Assembly (NCBI RefSeq): GCF_009914755.1
Contig: NC_060941.1
Origin: the human T2T-CHM13v2.0 reference genome, Homo sapiens
Strand: one strand, 5' to 3'
Length of the DNA: 64,000 bases
Positions 52,759-64,000 of this stretch are shown here, one piece after another (position 1 is the stretch's first letter; every line of letters begins with the position of its first letter). Below the pieces are notes generated by a model that saw only the letters and a program-made list of their open reading frames with translations, searched no databases and was not told where the DNA came from. A program made the translations under genes and the position numbers.

Positions 52759-53140
52759 TGACTAATTTTGTATTTTTAGTGGAGACAGGGTTTCTCCATG
52801 TTGGTCAGGCTGGTCTCGAACTCCTGACCTCAGGTGATCCACCCACCTCAGCCTCCCAAAGTGTTGGGATTACAAGCATAAGCCACCGCACCTAGCCTAC
52901 AAAAATATTTTTTAACTTAGTCAGCTGTAGTGTAGTCCTAGCTACCCAGGAGGCTGAGGCAGGAGGATTACTTGAGCCCAGGAAGTCAGGGCTCCATGAA
53001 TAATGAATGTACCACTGTATTCCAGCCTGGGCAACAAAGCAAGACTCTATCTCAAACATAAATAAATAAATAAAGTTTACTTTTAAAGTAAATCCTAATA
53101 GTTTACCATGAGTTCAAGAGCAAAGTCTATAGGCAATGCA

Positions 53141-53146
53141 TTTATT
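53141..53146 (-). terminator. PTGES3L: PTGES3L candidate distal poly(A) signal
   Basis: AATAAA on the minus strand about 1 kb after the stop codon, beyond a 3'UTR Alu. Confidence 0.6.
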
Positions 53147-53260
53147 TTGTTTAAGTTACAGTCAACTGTACATATTAGGCACTCAAAAAAGTTTATGGAC
53201 AAATAGAATAGCTGTTGGACAAATAAACATAGACATTAACTAGAGTAACAATCAGTTTTA

Positions 53261-53647
<387 letters not shown>

Positions 53648-53759
53648 TCAGAGCACAAATCTGGGCAAGAGGAAGCACCCCAGCTTGGTTACTAGAGGGA
53701 GAAGAGGCTTGCCACCAGGAGGAATAAGTACAAGAAGGAAACAGACAGAGAACAGTTCC

Positions 53760-53881
53760 TAGAGATTTATTATAATCTGTTTCTTCTTTGGCTTTTTGCT
53801 TTGCCCCATATGCACACATAGTAGAGATTTCTATAATCTGCATTCTTCTTTGGCTTTTGTTTTGCCACATACACACACATA
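53760..53881. repeat. Diverged ~61-bp tandem duplication in the PTGES3L 3'UTR
   Basis: TAGAGATTTATTATAATCTGTTTCTTCTTTGGC...CACACATA versus TAGAGATTTCTATAATCTGCATTCTTCTTTGGC...CACACATA. Confidence 0.85.
53766..53771 (-). terminator. PTGES3L: PTGES3L candidate proximal poly(A) signal
   Basis: AATAAA on the minus strand followed by a GU/U-rich tract (UGUUCUCUGUCUGUUUCCUUCUUGU). Confidence 0.55.
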
Positions 53882-54172
53882 CTCAAATAATCAAGTGGCC
53901 TAAACACAGAGATTAGAAACCAATCAGTAAGAAATCAGAAGCCCTACCAGTCTACCCCTCCCCGACCCTGCATCTGATGTGGAGCCATAGTCAAGTGCCT
54001 AGGAGGAAGACAAGCTTGAAGGACGACCCTTAATAAAGAGCTTCTAGGAAAGTTCAGAGATCTCAGAAGAACTTGGTGCACAGCCAAAGCGCTGACAAAG
54101 GCCTAGGCGCTAGCTTTCTAGAACAACTGGAAAATAGCCACAGCTGCCTTCCCAGCTTTGCGTCACAGAAAG

Positions 54173-54211
54173 TTAATTACTTGTTGCATCATCAGCACTG
54201 TCAGAATCATC
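54173..54211 (-). CDS. PTGES3L: PTGES3L last coding exon (DDSDSADDATSN*)
   Basis: Acceptor tct(c)10ag|GAT; TAA at 54173-54175; acidic tail as in p23 proteins. The 5' exons lie beyond the window end. Confidence 0.92.
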   Translation of the reverse strand, partial: DDSDSADDATSN

Positions 54212-55308
54212 CTGGGGGGGGGGAGAAAAAAGACAAAGCACCTGTAGACCCTGCAAAGCAGGAACATTTATGTTAACAAATACTGCTTCCTCTCTCCTGT
54301 TCTCCAAGTTTCTTTTTGTGATTTCCTAAACCACCCAACTTAGGGGGCTAATATGAAAGGTTTTAACTTACTTTGGATGTTAAGTAAACCAACACTACTT
54401 TGTCATACATCATTAGTTTCAGGACTTTTTTTTTTTTTTTTTTTTTGAGACAGGGTCTTGCTTCATCACCCAGCTGCAGTGCAGTGGCATGATCTCAGCT
54501 CAGTGCAACCTCTGCCTCACAGTCTCAAGCGATCCTCCCACCTCAGCCACTTGAGTAGCTGGGATTATAGGCTACTGTGCCTGGCTAATTTTTGTACTTT
54601 TGGTAGAGACAGGGTTTTGCCCTGTTGCCCAGGCTGGTCTCAAACTGCTGAGCACAAGTGATCCACCTGCCTTGGCCTCTCAAAGTGCTGGGATTACAGG
54701 CGTAAGCCACCACACCCACCCTAGTTTCAGAATTTTAATTAATGCTATTGCTCCTTACAGCTGGGGTAGGTCTTCTCTAGGATGGAGAAACAGAGGGGTA
54801 GATGGAAAGCAGGAGGGTCTTGCTAGGGTTTTCTAAAGCCTGGAGAAGAATATTAGCCTTCTTGGGCCAGGCGTGGTGGCTCACGCCTGTAATCCCAATA
54901 CTTTGGGAGGCCGAGGCGGGTGGATCACCTCAGGCCAGGAGTTCGAGACCAGCCTGGCTAACATGGCAAAACCCTGTCTCTACTAAAAATACAAAAATTA
55001 GCTGGGCGTGGTGGCAGGCACCTATATTCCCAGCTACTCAGGAGTCTGAGGCAGGAGAATCTCTTGAACCCAGGAGGCAGAGGTTGCAGTGAGCCAAGAT
55101 CGGGCCACTGCACTCCAACCTGGGCGAAAGAGTGAAACTCCTCCCCCACCCCCCAAAAAAAGAATATTAGCCCTCTTGGGTCAAACTCAAATTTGGTTAA
55201 CAGGCACTGAGAACTACTGTGTGCTAGGAACTGGGATAGGAGCTCTCTAGTGGGTTGTTTTTAAGGGCTACAAAGAAACTGAAGGGTTGAGGGGAAGGCT
55301 TTACTTAC

Positions 55309-55362
55309 ATCCAAATCATCCATGGCAGGTGGAGGTCTCTTGGTGCTGACCTTCTTCAAAAG
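55309..55362 (-). CDS. PTGES3L: PTGES3L penultimate exon (LLKKVSTKRPPPAMDDLD)
   Basis: Acceptor ttcccactag|, donor GAT|gtaagt; 54 nt, phase 0/0. Confidence 0.93.
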
Positions 55363-55692
55363 CTAGTGGGAAGAAAAAATAATCACAAGGGAGAAGGGAG
55401 TGAAGGAAGAACAATCTGCACATTGATGGTCCATAGAAGAATGGTCGCAGCCAGAACTGGTCAGGCAACTGCTCCCATCTTTAAAACATCACTGGAATTA
55501 ATTTGAGAAAAGTAAATTGATCCCCTTCTTAAAAGAAAATTTAACACAAATCCAGATTGGAGTCGGCTAGTGTTTTTATAACTGAAACCAAATAATATAA
55601 CGACAGTGTGTGATTTACTGGGGGCCAATTATTTATGATGTGAGTTTTTATACTGCTAGTTTTAACATCCCATGAAGTTGTCTGGCTTAACA

Positions 55693-55696
<4 letters not shown>

Positions 55697-55726
<30 letters not shown>
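55697..55726. repeat. (CA)n microsatellite
   Basis: About 15 CA units. Confidence 0.9.
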
Positions 55727-55729
<3 letters not shown>

Positions 55730-56581
55730 GCCGGGTTTGGTGGCTCACATTTGTAATGTCAGCACTTTGGGAGGCTGAGACAGATCACTTGAGGCCAGGA
55801 GTTCCAGACCAGCCTGGCCAACATGATGAAACCCCATCTCTACCAAAAATACAAAAAAAAATTAGCCAGGGGTGGTGGCGCATGCCTGTAATCCCAGCTA
55901 CTCAGGTGGCTGAGGCACAAGAATCACTTGAACCTGGGAAGTGGAGGTTGCAGGGAGCTACTGCACTCCAGCCTGGGAGACAGAGCAAGACTCTGTCTCA
56001 AAAAGAAAACCACACACACAGGCCAGGCATGGTGACTTACGCCTGTAATCCCACCACTTGGGAGGGTGAGGCAGGTGGATCACCTGAGGTCAGGAATTTG
56101 AGACCAGCCTGGCCAACATGGTGAAACTCCGTCTCTACTAAAAAAATACAAAAATTATCCAGACGTGGTGGTGGGCACCTGTAATCCCAGCTACTCAGGA
56201 GGATGAGACAAAATTGCTTGAACCCAGAGGCAGAGGTTGCAGTGAGCTGAGATCGCGCCATTGCACTCCAGCCTAGGCGACAGAAAACCACACACACACA
56301 CACACACACACACAGAAAACAGTAGAACAAGAATTACAGAAAAGTGGAAAAACGTTTTGTCAAACTTCTTCAGAATACAGGCTCTACACTGAATAAGTGA
56401 ATCAATGTATATAATTTCAATAATATTCTTTCCTCTCATCCCTATTAAATAAACATTGCACAAAATACGTAAAGAATATCAGCATCAATGAGTAACCTGC
56501 CTAGAGAGCTTGCATATCTCTGCTTGGCCCCAGTGACAATCCTCCAGAGACATGTGTGCAGAGAAACACAAAGAATGATCA

Positions 56582-56806
<225 letters not shown>

Positions 56807-56934
56807 TCAGTAGGTCCCTAGTCCTCCCAACTGCACTCCTTTGACCAGGAACCTGCCAATCTACACACAAAGCTAGGCATGATAGAGTCTGAAAATCTCA
56901 GAAGTCCTACCCTCCGGCCAGGCGTGGTGGCTCA

Positions 56935-59308
<2,374 letters not shown>

Positions 59309-59474
59309 ATAAAGCAACATAGGAGTCAACCAATAAGACAGACAAGCTGCAGCCAGGCGCAGTGGCTCACACAACCTGTAATCCCAGCACTCTGCGGGGC
59401 CAGGGTGGGTGGATCACCTGAGGTCAGGAGTTCGAGACCAGCCTGGCCAACATGGTAAAACCCCATCTCTACTA

Positions 59475-59717
<243 letters not shown>

Positions 59718-59752
59718 TTATACAGGGAAGAAGTTATTCACTCCTTCATTCA

Positions 59753-59938
<186 letters not shown>

Positions 59939-60157
59939 TCAGGAGACTAACGCAGGAGGATTACTGGAACCCGGAAGGTGGAGGTTGCAGTGAGTCGAGA
60001 TCACGCCACTGTACTCCAACCTGGGCGATGGAGTGAGACTCTGTCTCAAAAAAAAAAAAAAAAAATTTATTGAACACATACTATGGACAGACTCTCAGCT
60101 TGGCACTGGGTTTATAAAAATGTTCTGGCCGGGCGCAGTGGCTATCACTTATAATCA

Positions 60158-60433
<276 letters not shown>

Positions 60434-60804
60434 TCAACACACTGTCCCAGCCACTTGGAAGCAAGCTGGGGAGGGAGATATAAATAAAGCACTATAATAC
60501 AGTGTGAAAAGTGTGGTGGTGGAGTTATATAGGGGACATCATGGGAACCCCAAAAGGAGTCACAAGAACCCAGGTTTCTGGAGTGGCAGGGCTTTGAAGG
60601 ATGCACAGGGATTGGGTGGGTGAAGGTAGTAATGATGGTAACTTTTCAGGAAGAAGGCATACCTTGAGCAAAGGTACAGAGGTGAGAAACAGCCTGGTTT
60701 TTGCAGAACAAACAAAACACAACAGTCTGCTGTGGCTAGAAGATAAAGCTTGGGGCAGAGAGTGTGGGATGTGCTAGTGTGTTATGTAACGGATCTCAAC
60801 CTAA

Positions 60805-62036
<1,232 letters not shown>

Positions 62037-62237
62037 AAGGAGGAGACGACTTTGGAGGGCCTTAAGTGGGGGAGCATCAGGGTCAAATGTGTGTTTTAGA
62101 CAGACCATGCTGAGGGCAATGCAGAGAATGGATTGAAAATGGAACTGAAAATATGCAACAAACTTCTCACTGTATGCTGGTGAGGCTTGAACTAGGAAGA
62201 AATTAAGTAGTGAATTCATTAATATTTAAGAGGTCAG

Positions 62238-63849
<1,612 letters not shown>

Positions 63850-63990
63850 GGACAAATAGCTAATGTATGCAGGACTTAAAACCTGCATGACGGGTTGATA
63901 GATGCAGCAAACCACCATGGCACACGTATACCTATGTAACAAACCTGCATGTTCTGCACATGTATCCCATAACTTTAAGTTAAAAAAATA
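63850..63990 (+). mobile_element. L1PA 3' end (about 140 bp)
   Basis: GGACAAATAGCTAATG...GCAGCAAACCACCATGGCACACGTATACCTATGTAACAAACCTGCATGTTCTGCACATGTATCCC followed by a short A-tail. Confidence 0.9.
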
Positions 63991-64000
63991 AGCCAGGCGC

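Overview
Primate genomic DNA, very probably human because it carries an SVA_F-type insertion. It is extremely Alu-dense. The window holds the complete AARSD1 gene on the minus strand (12 coding exons, 35736-49581, which I spliced by hand to 1239 nt = 412 aa + stop, all introns GT-AG). It also holds the last three coding exons and 3'UTR of the upstream gene PTGES3L (minus strand, ~53120-56704); exon phases allow the known PTGES3L-AARSD1 read-through fusion. From recalled gene order this is 17q21.31, just downstream of G6PC1; no G6PC1 coding sequence is visible. The first 35 kb is intergenic: Alus, L1/L2/MIR fragments, solo LTRs, a full-length Y4 RNA retrocopy and a 3'UTR-only mRNA retrocopy. 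The most notable observations are: (1) an internally deleted piggyBac (MER75/PGBD4 family) element retaining a transposase fragment next to the AARSD1 poly(A) site; (2) an apparent TPT1-3'UTR/L1 chimeric retrotranscript split by Alus; (3) a perfect CAG|GTGAGT recursive-splice-type site at the start of AARSD1 exon 6, which encodes two zinc ligands; (4) a full-length SVA with TSDs in a PTGES3L intron; (5) a C10 splice acceptor and a duplication-linked proximal poly(A) signal that may govern PTGES3L termination versus read-through. I found no evidence for a new protein-coding system. Nearly all ORFs in the supplied track are Alu, SVA or low-complexity artefacts. Family and gene names come from recalled sequences, not database searches.
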